NCBI GenBank assembly: GCA_902567945.1
Contig: CACFOC010000001.1
Span: 20,343 to 84,342, forward strand
Origin: an uncultured Pelagibacteraceae bacterium
Lineage (GTDB): Bacteria > Pseudomonadota > Alphaproteobacteria > Pelagibacterales > Pelagibacteraceae
Direction of reading: 5' to 3'
DNA: 64,000 nt
The notes beneath the pieces were generated by a model that saw only the letters and a list, made by a program, of their open reading frames with translations, made no database searches and had not been told where the DNA came from. How positions within the stretch are numbered: position 1 is the first letter of the stretch; each line of letters begins with the position of its first letter. Below, piece by piece: positions 55,146-64,000 of the stretch. A program made the position numbers and the translations under genes.

Positions 55146-55272
55146 TTTTAAATAGTATTCTTTGAATTTTCACATGAAATTTAATTTTTTTCAATCATAA
55201 GTTGTCTTTAAAGGTTACATTATTTTCCTATTTATGTTTGAATACAAACATTAAAAAATAAACGGAGGTAAA

Positions 55273-56295
55273 ATGAATACTCTTAAAAAACTAATAGTTT
55301 CTTCTCTGGTTGTGTTGGGATTTTTTGTATTTAACGTAAATGCAAATGCAGCTTGTGGGAAACTTGTTATTGCTGAACAAAACTGGGCATCAGCTGAATT
55401 GATGGCTAATGTTGATAAAATCATTTTAGAAAAAGGTTATGGTTGTGAAGTTGAATTAGTGCCTGGTGCTACTATGCCAACTTTTACATCAATGAATGAT
55501 AAAGGTTCACCAGACATGAACCCAGAACAATGGGCTAATGCTGTTTACACACCTTTAAAAAAAGCAGTATCAGAAAAAAGATTGATTATAGCTAACAAAG
55601 CACCAATTACTGGTCTGGGAGAAGGCTGGTGGTTAACTCCTGGATCAATAAAAAAACATCCAGAGTTAAAAGGAATGACTGCTCTTCAAATCTTAGAAAG
55701 ACCAGATTTATTTCCATATAAAGAAGATCCTTCAAAAGGAGCGTTTGTAGGATGTCCTGCAGGTTGGGGATGTCAGTTAGCAAATGCTAATCTTTTTAAA
55801 GCTTTTGAAATGGAAAAAAAGGGCTGGGTGTTAGTTGACCCAGGTTCTGCAGCGGGTTTAGATGGTTCAATATCTAAAGCAGCTGATTCAGGAAATACTT
55901 GGTTTGGTTACTACTGGAACCCAACTTCAATTGTTGGAAAATACAATTTACAACCAGTTGATTTTGGAGTGCCATTTGCAGGTAGAGATAATTGGGATAA
56001 TTGTATAACGCTTCCTGAGCAAGATTGTGCAAATCCTAAACCAACAGCTTGGACTAAATCTGAAGTTAATTCTATCGTTACAGCTAATTTTGCAAAAACT
56101 GGAGGAAAAGACGCTTTAAAATATGTTGAGAAGCGTACTTACCCAGGCGAAGTAATGAATGGAATGCTTGTGTACATGGCTGATAATCAAGCTAAAGGTT
56201 CAGACGCAGCAATTGAGTTTTTGAAAAAGCATGAGAAGATCTGGGGTAAATGGGTATCTTCTGCAGCTAAGAAAAAAATCAAAGCTGGTCTTTAA
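55273..56295 (+). CDS. OpuAC/ProX-type periplasmic quaternary-amine binding protein
   Basis: 340 aa with a signal peptide and an AEQNWASAE motif like tmoX NWSSQ. Confidence 0.75.
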   Translation: MNTLKKLIVSSLVVLGFFVFNVNANAACGKLVIAEQNWASAELMANVDKIILEKGYGCEVELVPGATMPTFTSMNDKGSPDMNPEQWANAVYTPLKKAVSEKRLIIANKAPITGLGEGWWLTPGSIKKHPELKGMTALQILERPDLFPYKEDPSKGAFVGCPAGWGCQLANANLFKAFEMEKKGWVLVDPGSAAGLDGSISKAADSGNTWFGYYWNPTSIVGKYNLQPVDFGVPFAGRDNWDNCITLPEQDCANPKPTAWTKSEVNSIVTANFAKTGGKDALKYVEKRTYPGEVMNGMLVYMADNQAKGSDAAIEFLKKHEKIWGKWVSSAAKKKIKAGL

Positions 56296-56308
56296 AATAT
56301 AATTTTTT

Positions 56309-56345
56309 AACGAGCCTATTATAAAATAGGCTCGTTAATTTTTTT
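56309..56345 (+). terminator. Intercistronic hairpin plus T-run between the SBP and permease genes (partial terminator/attenuator)
   Basis: The sequence reads AACGAGCCTAT-tataaa-ATAGGCTCGTT followed by AATTTTTTT. Confidence 0.7.
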
Positions 56346-56353
56346 GAGGCAAA

Positions 56354-57238
56354 ATGGATTTCTTAACAAAATTTCCGGTAATGGATCGTACGGCTCTCAT
56401 GGAAATGAGGAAAGGGATTGATTTTGCTTTTAGAGATTTTTCTAGAACTTATGGAGATGCTATAGAAGCCTTTTTTGATCCATTATTATATTTTTTGGTT
56501 TGGTTGGAAAAATTATTAATTAATTCTCCTTGGCCAATAGTAATAGGTGTTATTTGCGGGTTAGCTTGGCTAGGCTCAAGAAATTGGAAACTCGTGCTTG
56601 GAGCCGCAATAGCTTTCTTCCTTATAGGCTACTTTGGTATGTGGAAAGATACTATGGCAACAGTAGCAATTATAACTGTATGTGTGATCATATGCATGAC
56701 TGCAGGAATTCCTGTAGGAGTAATGATGTCTCGCTCAGATAGGGTAGAAAGAACTATATTACCTGTACTAGATATGATGCAAACAATTCCAAGTTTCGTA
56801 TATCTAATTCCAATACTGATGTTACTTGGTATCGGAAAAGTTCCAGGATTAATAGCTATATGTATATATGCAGTTCCACCAATAATAAGATTAACAAATC
56901 TTGGTATTCGTGAGGTTGATAAAGAAACTTTAGAAGCAAGCACAGCTTATGGAGCTACAACATTTCAAAAATTAAAAACAGTACAAATTCCACTAGCTCT
57001 TCCAACTGTTTTTGCAGGAGTAAACCAAACAATCATGATGGCTTTAGCAATGGTTGTTATTGCTTCAATGATTGGTGTGAAAGGGTTAGGTGTGCCAATT
57101 TTGCGGGCTGTTTTAAATCAATATCTTGCTTTAGGGCTTTTTAATGGTTTAGCAATTGTAGCTTTAGCAATTATTTTTGATAGAATTGCCCAAGAGTATG
57201 GACGAAGAATACAAAAGCATCGCGGATATAAAAAATAA
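56354..57238 (+). CDS. OpuAB/ProW-type ABC permease
   Basis: 294 aa. The EAA loop is EASTAYGATTFQKLKTVQIPLA. Confidence 0.8.
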   Translation: MDFLTKFPVMDRTALMEMRKGIDFAFRDFSRTYGDAIEAFFDPLLYFLVWLEKLLINSPWPIVIGVICGLAWLGSRNWKLVLGAAIAFFLIGYFGMWKDTMATVAIITVCVIICMTAGIPVGVMMSRSDRVERTILPVLDMMQTIPSFVYLIPILMLLGIGKVPGLIAICIYAVPPIIRLTNLGIREVDKETLEASTAYGATTFQKLKTVQIPLALPTVFAGVNQTIMMALAMVVIASMIGVKGLGVPILRAVLNQYLALGLFNGLAIVALAIIFDRIAQEYGRRIQKHRGYKK

Positions 57239-57256
57239 AAAAAGAGAAACTAGAAG

Positions 57257-58231
57257 ATGAACAATTATCGAATAGATAATCTACAGTATTGTAATTGGTC
57301 AAAAGAAGTATTTAAGATTAATAATGAAGCAAAATTAGATGCTGTTCACGTAACTGTAGCTTATCATGAAGATTTTAACGAGGTTAAAAAAAATATAGAA
57401 ACTTGGAATAAACATTTTAAAGAAAACAAAGATTTAATTTTTCACGGAAAAACATTTAAAGATATAGAAAAAGCTCACCAAGAAAAAAAAACTGCAATAT
57501 TTTTTGGTTTTCAAAACTGTTCTCCAATTGAAGATGATATTGCTTTAGTTGAAAAGGTTTATGATTTAGGAGCAAGATTTATGCAACTTACTTATAATAA
57601 TCAATCTTTATTAGCGACAGGTTGTTACGAAAAGAATGATAGCGGCGTTACACGAATGGGCAAGGAAGTGATCAAGGAAATGAATAAACTTGGGTTGGTA
57701 GTTGATATGTCTCATTCTGCTGAAAAATCTACCTTTGATGCTATTGAATTATCATCTAAACCTATAGCCATCACACATGCTAATCCTTCATTTTGGTTTG
57801 CAGCTAAAAGAAATAAATCTAATGAACTATTAAAAGCTTTGGCAGACTCTAAAGGAATGCTCGGTCTTTCTTTATATCCTCATCATTTAAAAGATACATC
57901 AAACTGTACACTTGAAAGTTTTTGTGAAATGGCAGCTAAAACAGTAGAACTTATGGGAATTAAACAAGTTGGAATTGGATCAGATCTTTGTATTGGACAC
58001 CCCAATACTATTGTTGAATGGATGAGAAATGGTACTTGGACAAAAACAAAAGATTATGGAGAAGGCAGCTCTAAGAATCCAAATTTTCCAAAACAACCAA
58101 AATGGTTTAAAGATGCTCGAGGATTTAAAAATCTAGAACAAGGTTTGAAAAAAGTTGGATTTCAAGAAACCGAGGTAAATGACATACTAGGAAATAACTG
58201 GTATAATTTTTACCGAGGAATAAACAATTGA
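57257..58231 (+). CDS. Peptidase-M19 (renal dipeptidase)-fold protein with a degenerate metal site
   Basis: 324 aa. It aligns by eye to DPEP1 blocks: LGLVVDMSHS, PIAITHANP, GIGSDL. Confidence 0.7.
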   Translation: MNNYRIDNLQYCNWSKEVFKINNEAKLDAVHVTVAYHEDFNEVKKNIETWNKHFKENKDLIFHGKTFKDIEKAHQEKKTAIFFGFQNCSPIEDDIALVEKVYDLGARFMQLTYNNQSLLATGCYEKNDSGVTRMGKEVIKEMNKLGLVVDMSHSAEKSTFDAIELSSKPIAITHANPSFWFAAKRNKSNELLKALADSKGMLGLSLYPHHLKDTSNCTLESFCEMAAKTVELMGIKQVGIGSDLCIGHPNTIVEWMRNGTWTKTKDYGEGSSKNPNFPKQPKWFKDARGFKNLEQGLKKVGFQETEVNDILGNNWYNFYRGINN

Positions 58232-59898
58232 GCAAACCTAATATACAATTAAGAGAACCATCAATGGTGATGAAGCTATCTAGATTAGGCTCATTCCACC
58301 AGTCGAAATTATCATTCCTTAGAAGTTTTATTAGAGAGTTTAAAAGTTGGAACTACAAAAGAGATTTATTTGATCTTAATAAAGATGGTTATGGTACGGC
58401 AGTTTATTCTTTTGAAAAGAAGGGAAGAAATTATTCGTTAGTATGTTTTGCACAACATATAAAGCCTGAGGAAAGATCAGACAGAGTTATAGCTACGAAA
58501 TGGGATGCAGCCTTTGTTTTATACGATGGAACACCTTCAAAAAAAGATATAAATCGTTTAAGAAAAAATGTACCTAAACAGGAAGTAGGAAGAGTAACCT
58601 ATAAAGAACTTACTTTATCAAGAGCAAATAAATCAGTAAGAGCATTTAATCACGTAGTGAATTCATTAAGCGAAGGAACGCAACCAGATAAAGAATTATT
58701 AAAAAAAGTTGGTTATTTATATCGAACCACAGCAGTTTATGGATCGGGAAAATTTGGTCTTGCTGATCGTTTTAGAATTAAAGATAGAAAAGAAATTTAT
58801 GGTCCATTCAGATTAGAAATGATGTTAGTTTACCTTGTTCGACAATTTACTTTTGATCAAGTAAACCATATTGCAAAATGTAAAAATTCAAAAAAAGCTA
58901 CTAGATTAGAAGAAAGTATTGCAAGAAATTTGGGAATTGGCAATTCAACTGGCCTTGGCATGGCTCCTTTTATAGTAAATCACCCAACTCTTCTGCACAA
59001 TTGGATTTATTGTAGAGAAAAAGCTTTAAAACAAATTAGATCAATTGAAAAAGTTAACAAAGATGATTTTAATATTTTTAAGAATTGTCTTAATAAGTCA
59101 AAAATGAACATCGAAACGTGGTTAACTGATAGTCAATATCAAACTAATAAAATTGATTCTTTAAAATTAGACTTAACAAAATTTTTTAAATATTTAGAAA
59201 ACTTAAATTACGAGGAAAACGACTATTTGTGGAATCTTATTTATCTTTGGACTGAAAAAAATCTTAAAGAAGAATGTGTAGAGTATATTGTGTCCATGAT
59301 GATGGAGCCTTACGATTCAATTATTGATCCTTTAATAAATAACATGAGCTCTGAGGAGGAAAAATATTTTAATATTCCAGCAGATAGAAAAGTTTATGAT
59401 CTCAAAAAAATTATTGAAAAAAATTATAAATCAATTATTGAAATTGATTTTAAAGATAAAAAAAGTACAAGTAATTTTTGGTTTATATCAAAAAACAAAG
59501 AGGAACCTAGAGTAGCCAATAGGCATGAAGAACGTGGAGCCGAGCTAGAACAGCCGTTAGCTATAGCGAGAGATGTAAAAAAACTTTATGAAAAATTAAT
59601 CAAAAACAATCAAAAAGAAACTGTTGCGAATTTTTTATTAAATAATGATGATTTAAGACACGTAGTTAGAAGAGCTTTTATTGTTGAAAAATTTCCATAC
59701 TCTGAAATTCAAGACAATACTATTGGAGCTTCGCTAGTGCCAATAGATATGCTTCGTTTAAAACTTTCTTTTTTTGGAGCTGTAAAGTTTGATCCAAGAT
59801 CAGATAAATGGCTAAGAATAAATATGTACCAGGGAGCACCTCTTCCTCACGAGATGAAATCTTCAAATGACAGTTGGGTTTATAACTCACTAAATTAA
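58228..59898 (+). CDS. Hypothetical 556-aa protein, no recognisable family
   Basis: A long ORF with a 4-nt overlap on the M19-like gene. Its composition matches the neighbours. Confidence 0.6.
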   Translation: MSKPNIQLREPSMVMKLSRLGSFHQSKLSFLRSFIREFKSWNYKRDLFDLNKDGYGTAVYSFEKKGRNYSLVCFAQHIKPEERSDRVIATKWDAAFVLYDGTPSKKDINRLRKNVPKQEVGRVTYKELTLSRANKSVRAFNHVVNSLSEGTQPDKELLKKVGYLYRTTAVYGSGKFGLADRFRIKDRKEIYGPFRLEMMLVYLVRQFTFDQVNHIAKCKNSKKATRLEESIARNLGIGNSTGLGMAPFIVNHPTLLHNWIYCREKALKQIRSIEKVNKDDFNIFKNCLNKSKMNIETWLTDSQYQTNKIDSLKLDLTKFFKYLENLNYEENDYLWNLIYLWTEKNLKEECVEYIVSMMMEPYDSIIDPLINNMSSEEEKYFNIPADRKVYDLKKIIEKNYKSIIEIDFKDKKSTSNFWFISKNKEEPRVANRHEERGAELEQPLAIARDVKKLYEKLIKNNQKETVANFLLNNDDLRHVVRRAFIVEKFPYSEIQDNTIGASLVPIDMLRLKLSFFGAVKFDPRSDKWLRINMYQGAPLPHEMKSSNDSWVYNSLN

Positions 59899-59900
59899 CT

Positions 59901-60515
59901 ATGCAGTCTTTTAGCGAAATTGACACTACATCAAAACGTGCATCTAAAGCAGCAGGATTTGCTTGGGGTGTAGCCGAAGAAGTAGGCAAAAACATGAGAA
60001 ACCTAGAAATGTTTGGTTTGCCGGGGATAAAAAATTTAAATTTATATCTTAAAAAAATAAAAAAAATCCCATCAGAAAAACCTAAGAAGATTGGGAAAAA
60101 AAATAAACCACAATCTAAAGAATTTTGCCCAATTTATTGCGGCATAGTGTTTTTAGATAATTGTAAAAATTTGGAAAGTTTAAAACTAATCAAATTTTTT
60201 AATGTTAGTTACCCTTTACTTTTGTTGCCTTTTTTAAGTAGAGCTTCAGATATTATAGGAAAGAAAATATCAGTAAAATATGAAAAAAATAATTTTTTAC
60301 TTAATTTCGATAAAACTATTTTTTCCAATAATATTAATAATAATAAAACTATTTCTAAAGCGAAAGAAATTTCTATAGAATTTTTAGAAAATAATAATTT
60401 GTTTTCCATCAAAGAATGGAAAGAACTTTACAAACTCTCAGAGGAAACTTTTGTCGAAGAAACTGATACTTTAAGAGCGAAAGGTGCTGGTGCTGGTTTA
60501 ACAGACAATGATTAA
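59901..60515 (+). CDS. DUF3726-like protein
   Basis: 204 aa. The N-terminal sequence KRASKAAGFAWGVAEEVGKNMRNLEMFGLPG resembles my memory of the DUF3726 N-terminus. It starts 2 nt after the upstream stop. Confidence 0.5.
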   Translation: MQSFSEIDTTSKRASKAAGFAWGVAEEVGKNMRNLEMFGLPGIKNLNLYLKKIKKIPSEKPKKIGKKNKPQSKEFCPIYCGIVFLDNCKNLESLKLIKFFNVSYPLLLLPFLSRASDIIGKKISVKYEKNNFLLNFDKTIFSNNINNNKTISKAKEISIEFLENNNLFSIKEWKELYKLSEETFVEETDTLRAKGAGAGLTDND

Positions 60516-60528
60516 AGTTTGATGGTCT

Positions 60529-61500
60529 TTACTTTATATAATTAAAAAATTTTATACATTCTATCAAGCTTTTTGGGTTGGCAATTTTTTTTCCAGTAAT
60601 GTCTTTTGCAATACCATGATCTGGGGATACTCTTATGAAAGGTAAACCTAATGTAATATTAATAGCATCATAATTAAATAGAGCTTTGAAGGGTGTTAAA
60701 ACTTGATCATGGTACATTCCAAAAATTACATCAAGTTTATAATCTTTATAAAGCATAAAACTAGTATCTGGAGAAATTGGCCCAATTACTTTTATTTTTA
60801 ATTTTTTTAATTCATTGATTGCTGAAGAAATAATTTTTGATTCATTATTTTTTTTTATTTGCGAAAAATTATGAGGGTTTAAACCAAGTATACCAATATT
60901 GGGTCTTTTTGAAAAAAAATTTCTATAAAATCGATTTATAATTTTAATCTTATTTATAATTTTAATCTTATTCATATTTTTACTAACTTTTACTAAAGGA
61001 ATATGTGTTGTTAATGGTGATACAGATAGTTTTTTGTTGTAAATTAACATTACCTCATTTCCTAAATTTCCAGTCCTTTTTGACAGAAATTCTGTGATAC
61101 CTTGATGTTTATTTTTAAATAAAGTCTCTTTATTAATTGGACAATTTATTAAACCTAAAATTTTTTTATTACTAATTAATTTTATTGCAGCGTCAAAACA
61201 GTTAAATATATATTTATTTGATTTAGTAGATTCTTTTTGAAAAGGTTTTTTTTGAGTGTATTTTATATCATAAACATAAAGTATATTTTTAATCAGATCT
61301 TTTGATTTGAAATTTTTATTTATCGCCTTAATTTTAATGTTGTACTTTAATTTTTTTTTTTGCAAATTTAAGAGGTCAAAACTACCAATTACAATGAAGG
61401 GTTTGTGATTATAGTTTTTTCTCAAAATCCAGCTTTTAAAAATTATCTCTGACGATATGCTATTTGGCTCGCCAGCAACAATTGCTAAAGGTTTTTTCAT
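60529..61500 (-). CDS. pdxA: 4-hydroxythreonine-4-phosphate dehydrogenase
   Basis: 323 aa. Motifs are MYHDQVLTPFK and RVSPDHGIA, and it follows surA and lptD. Confidence 0.85.
   Translation of the reverse strand: MKKPLAIVAGEPNSISSEIIFKSWILRKNYNHKPFIVIGSFDLLNLQKKKLKYNIKIKAINKNFKSKDLIKNILYVYDIKYTQKKPFQKESTKSNKYIFNCFDAAIKLISNKKILGLINCPINKETLFKNKHQGITEFLSKRTGNLGNEVMLIYNKKLSVSPLTTHIPLVKVSKNMNKIKIINKIKIINRFYRNFFSKRPNIGILGLNPHNFSQIKKNNESKIISSAINELKKLKIKVIGPISPDTSFMLYKDYKLDVIFGMYHDQVLTPFKALFNYDAINITLGLPFIRVSPDHGIAKDITGKKIANPKSLIECIKFFNYIK
60934..60969. repeat. Perfect 18-bp tandem duplication inside pdxA (encodes KIKIIN twice)
   Basis: ATTTATAATTTTAATCTT occurs twice back to back, in frame. Confidence 0.9.
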
Positions 61501-61507
61501 TTTATTA

Positions 61508-62443
61508 TTAATAATAATTTATTGTAATAGATTTTTTTATATTATTGTAATGGGTTAATGAATACATTCTAAGTATTTTACTTTTTTCTGCATTAATCAG
61601 GTTATTTCTAGCTTCTTCTAAGTTATTAAAAGGTTTTATTTTTCTTTTATCTCGCACTTTAAAAAATAAAATACCCTCTTTTAACATTATAGGACTTGAG
61701 GTATCTCCAACTTTAGTTTCAGCTATTACTGATTTAAATTGTTTTGTAATTACATTTTCATTTATCCAACCTAAATCCCCGCCTTGTAAGGCAGATTCTG
61801 AAATACTAATAATTTTAGCTACATTTTCAAAACCTTCACTTTTTATTCTAGTTTTAATTTTTTCTATGTCGCTTTCTATATTTTCCATAGATTCTGGTCT
61901 AAATATTAGTTCTGAAAGCAAATACTCACTAACATCACCTGATTTTGTAATTAATTTTAATTTTTCCTCTATTTCATTTTCATTTACAGATAATTGATTT
62001 TTAAATATTGCATATATCAATCCATTCCATAAAAGTTCAACTTTTACAATATCAACCAACTTGGAATAAGAAACTTCATTTGCTTCCAATCTCATTTTTA
62101 ATTCATCTAAGTTTAAATCTAACCCTTTAGCCTTTTTATTTAGTTCTAAATTAAGTTCTGCTTTATTAAAATCTGTAAAATTTTTATCTTTAAGTTCGAT
62201 TTTTTTAATAGTTCTTTTGATAATTGACATAATAGCAGATTGTTCTAAAACTTTTTTATTATTTTCATTAAGACTTTGATTTGTTAAAATTAAAATTAAT
62301 CTCATTTCATTTATTATATCTGAACGTGTAATTGCTTCATTACCAACAGTTGCGTACAAAGCATCTTCAATTTTTGCACTAATTTCTTTGCTTATAGAAA
62401 ATGTTAATATAATAACAATAAATATTTTTATAATTTTAATCAC
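61508..62443 (-). CDS. surA: SurA-like periplasmic chaperone / PPIC-type peptidyl-prolyl isomerase
   Basis: 311 aa with a signal peptide and the parvulin motif GGDLGWI. It overlaps lptD by 4 nt. Confidence 0.75.
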   Translation of the reverse strand: MIKIIKIFIVIILTFSISKEISAKIEDALYATVGNEAITRSDIINEMRLILILTNQSLNENNKKVLEQSAIMSIIKRTIKKIELKDKNFTDFNKAELNLELNKKAKGLDLNLDELKMRLEANEVSYSKLVDIVKVELLWNGLIYAIFKNQLSVNENEIEEKLKLITKSGDVSEYLLSELIFRPESMENIESDIEKIKTRIKSEGFENVAKIISISESALQGGDLGWINENVITKQFKSVIAETKVGDTSSPIMLKEGILFFKVRDKRKIKPFNNLEEARNNLINAEKSKILRMYSLTHYNNIKKSITINYY

Positions 62444-64000
62444 GGAGTTATCAAAGATGGTGTACTCACTCCCCCGAATGGTACGAAGGTAATTTGAAAC
62501 ATCAATGTATCTTTTGGTTCTACATCACTATCTTCATAAAATTCTCTTCTATACACCAAGCCAGCAGTTAAACAATCAATAGAGTACTGGTAACTTATGT
62601 CATAAAATTCTGTACTGTCTGTTTTGAAATTCTTTTTTGTTGAAAAATTAAAGCTGTTCTTGTCATTTACATTAAAATTAATTCCAGAGCTAATATAATT
62701 TTCATTACCAATATGATTTTGTTCTTCTAAATACTCTAAGTTAAAGTTAATTTTTCCAAAATTTAAACTAGTTGATACTTCATTATAGTTAAGATCATTA
62801 AAATTGTGATCAAGTGAAAATTTATAACCTATAGTGCCCATTTTTGAAAAATTATAATTTATTTCTCCTACTACATCTGACATTTTTTGATCTAGAGAAC
62901 TTTTAGCAGGCATATCTGCATTTTTTTTCATATTAAAAACTTGTCCCATAGATACAGCAAGTTTTTCTTGCTCTTCATTATCTTTGTTAATTTTTTTTGT
63001 TTTAAAATCAAAACCCAAAATAGCACTGACCCCATCTTCAATTTCTGAAGTTTTGTTTAGTGAAAATAAATTTGAATAACTTAAATTAGTGTCATCATTA
63101 CCTAGATTTTTCATATGGAATGGCGCATATCTCAACATAATATTGGGTGAAAAAAAATTTGAACCTTTAGCAGTTTTTTTTTTCATAGGTCGAGAAGTTT
63201 TAAAACTTAGAACACTGCTTAATTCATTTACAATACCATCAGTTTTATGAGAAGTTGTATTTTTAGCATCATAGTTAGTGTTTTTTACCATACCTTTTAT
63301 TGAGTTAACAAATCCATTTTTTGTATATGTTCTACTTGGAGTCCAAATAATATCATTTGTAACTGATGTTAAGTGTTTATTTACTTCATAATTTTTATAA
63401 AAATTATCTGATTTAAATTCTATATTACCTAATTTTTCACTAAAAATAGATTTTCCAAAAAGCACATTTGGTAATACATATTCATATCGACTGTTAGATT
63501 CTTCTCTTAAGTCTTCGTATGCGTGTGCCTTTATATTAAGATAAGAATTATCATTACTAAAATTATAATTTATTTCGTTTTTTAAATTTGTATTTTCAGA
63601 ATCAACTAATGCAGTATCTATGTCGTGGACTCTAAAATATGTATCATTAGAAGTTCTTTCCGTCTTAAAAAAAATACTACTATCATAAGGTTTGTCCTTA
63701 CCTAAATTAATATCTAAATTAGCAAAAATATGATTTCTGGAACCAACGGTTTTTTTGGTTGAAGTATTTTTGTATCCTTGAGTGAAGCTGGTATCTAATA
63801 TTAAAAAAGAATTTTTATAAGCTTGTCTAAATTCATTTAGAATTAATATATTTTCATTATTATAAATTTTAGGAGTAAATGTTAAATCCTTGTCTGTGTT
63901 TATCGCCCAGTAATATGGCAGTGCAAAACCTGCACCTGTAGTAGTGGTGTTGGTAAAAAAGGGAGTTAAAAAACCAGATTGTCTTTTAACTGTTGGGTCA
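62440..64000 (-). CDS. lptD: LPS-assembly outer-membrane protein LptD, C-terminal part (N-terminus beyond window end)
   Basis: The track lists only 62440-63465 from a GTG. My translation upstream stays open to 63999 and reads ...SGFLTPFFTNTTTTGAGFALPYYWAINTDKDLTFTPK..., the LptD hallmark. Confidence 0.85.
   Translation of the reverse strand, partial: DPTVKRQSGFLTPFFTNTTTTGAGFALPYYWAINTDKDLTFTPKIYNNENILILNEFRQAYKNSFLILDTSFTQGYKNTSTKKTVGSRNHIFANLDINLGKDKPYDSSIFFKTERTSNDTYFRVHDIDTALVDSENTNLKNEINYNFSNDNSYLNIKAHAYEDLREESNSRYEYVLPNVLFGKSIFSEKLGNIEFKSDNFYKNYEVNKHLTSVTNDIIWTPSRTYTKNGFVNSIKGMVKNTNYDAKNTTSHKTDGIVNELSSVLSFKTSRPMKKKTAKGSNFFSPNIMLRYAPFHMKNLGNDDTNLSYSNLFSLNKTSEIEDGVSAILGFDFKTKKINKDNEEQEKLAVSMGQVFNMKKNADMPAKSSLDQKMSDVVGEINYNFSKMGTIGYKFSLDHNFNDLNYNEVSTSLNFGKINFNLEYLEEQNHIGNENYISSGINFNVNDKNSFNFSTKKNFKTDSTEFYDISYQYSIDCLTAGLVYRREFYEDSDVEPKDTLMFQITFVPFGGVSTPSLITP

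Noticed and set aside
56530-56943. ORFs 56530-56742 (+, other frame) and 56629-56943 (-)
   Set aside because: They overlap the ProW-type permease gene and have no support beyond being open.
60934-60969. CRISPR-like or mobile-element repeat
   Set aside because: There are only two abutting 18-bp copies, in frame inside pdxA, with no spacers. I saw no other repeat arrays, transposases or integrases in the window.
1-64000. Horizontally acquired genomic island
   Set aside because: There is no tRNA, integrase, direct-repeat border or visible compositional break. The flanks are conserved housekeeping genes (the lptD-surA-pdxA unit and a YyaL-like gene).

Overview
Visibly AT-rich and extremely gene-dense: many genes overlap or abut. 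I found no rRNA, tRNA, transposase, integrase, CRISPR array or recognisable transcription factor. Gene content and compaction look like a streamlined marine alphaproteobacterium of the SAR11/Pelagibacterales type (inference from sequence style and gene set, not a database hit). Almost the whole window is a supercluster for methylated-amine, quaternary-amine and one-carbon oxidation. It holds two betaine-homocysteine methyltransferase plus dimethylglycine/sarcosine dehydrogenase modules, one of them behind a tandem SAM-riboswitch-like leader. It holds two gamma-butyrobetaine-hydroxylase-like Fe/2OG oxygenases, one translationally overlapped with an HD-domain protein (a TmpA/TmpB-like C-P cleaving pair). 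The TMA/TMAO route is present (tmm, tdm, tmoXWV), as is the N-methylglutamate route (two GS-like ligases, mgsABC, and a soxBDAG/mgdABCD-type heterotetramer). An Amt transporter, formate-THF ligase, and three OpuA/ProU-type ABC components or sets are also here. Flanks are housekeeping: a YyaL-like thioredoxin-domain gene at the left edge and pdxA-surA-lptD at the right edge. The best leads follow. (1) A SoxB-like flavoprotein is wedged between tdm and a GS-like ligase, a candidate for the DMA-to-MMA step. (2) A betaine-type SBP/permease operon carries a ligand-degenerate M19-like protein, a 556-aa unknown and a DUF3726-like protein. (3) The TmpAB-like pair. (4) A tandem pair of paralogous small two-TM proteins has strong SDs and GC-rich or palindromic leaders. 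(5) A 4.4-kb, four-gene, alternating-strand block has zero intergenic bases.
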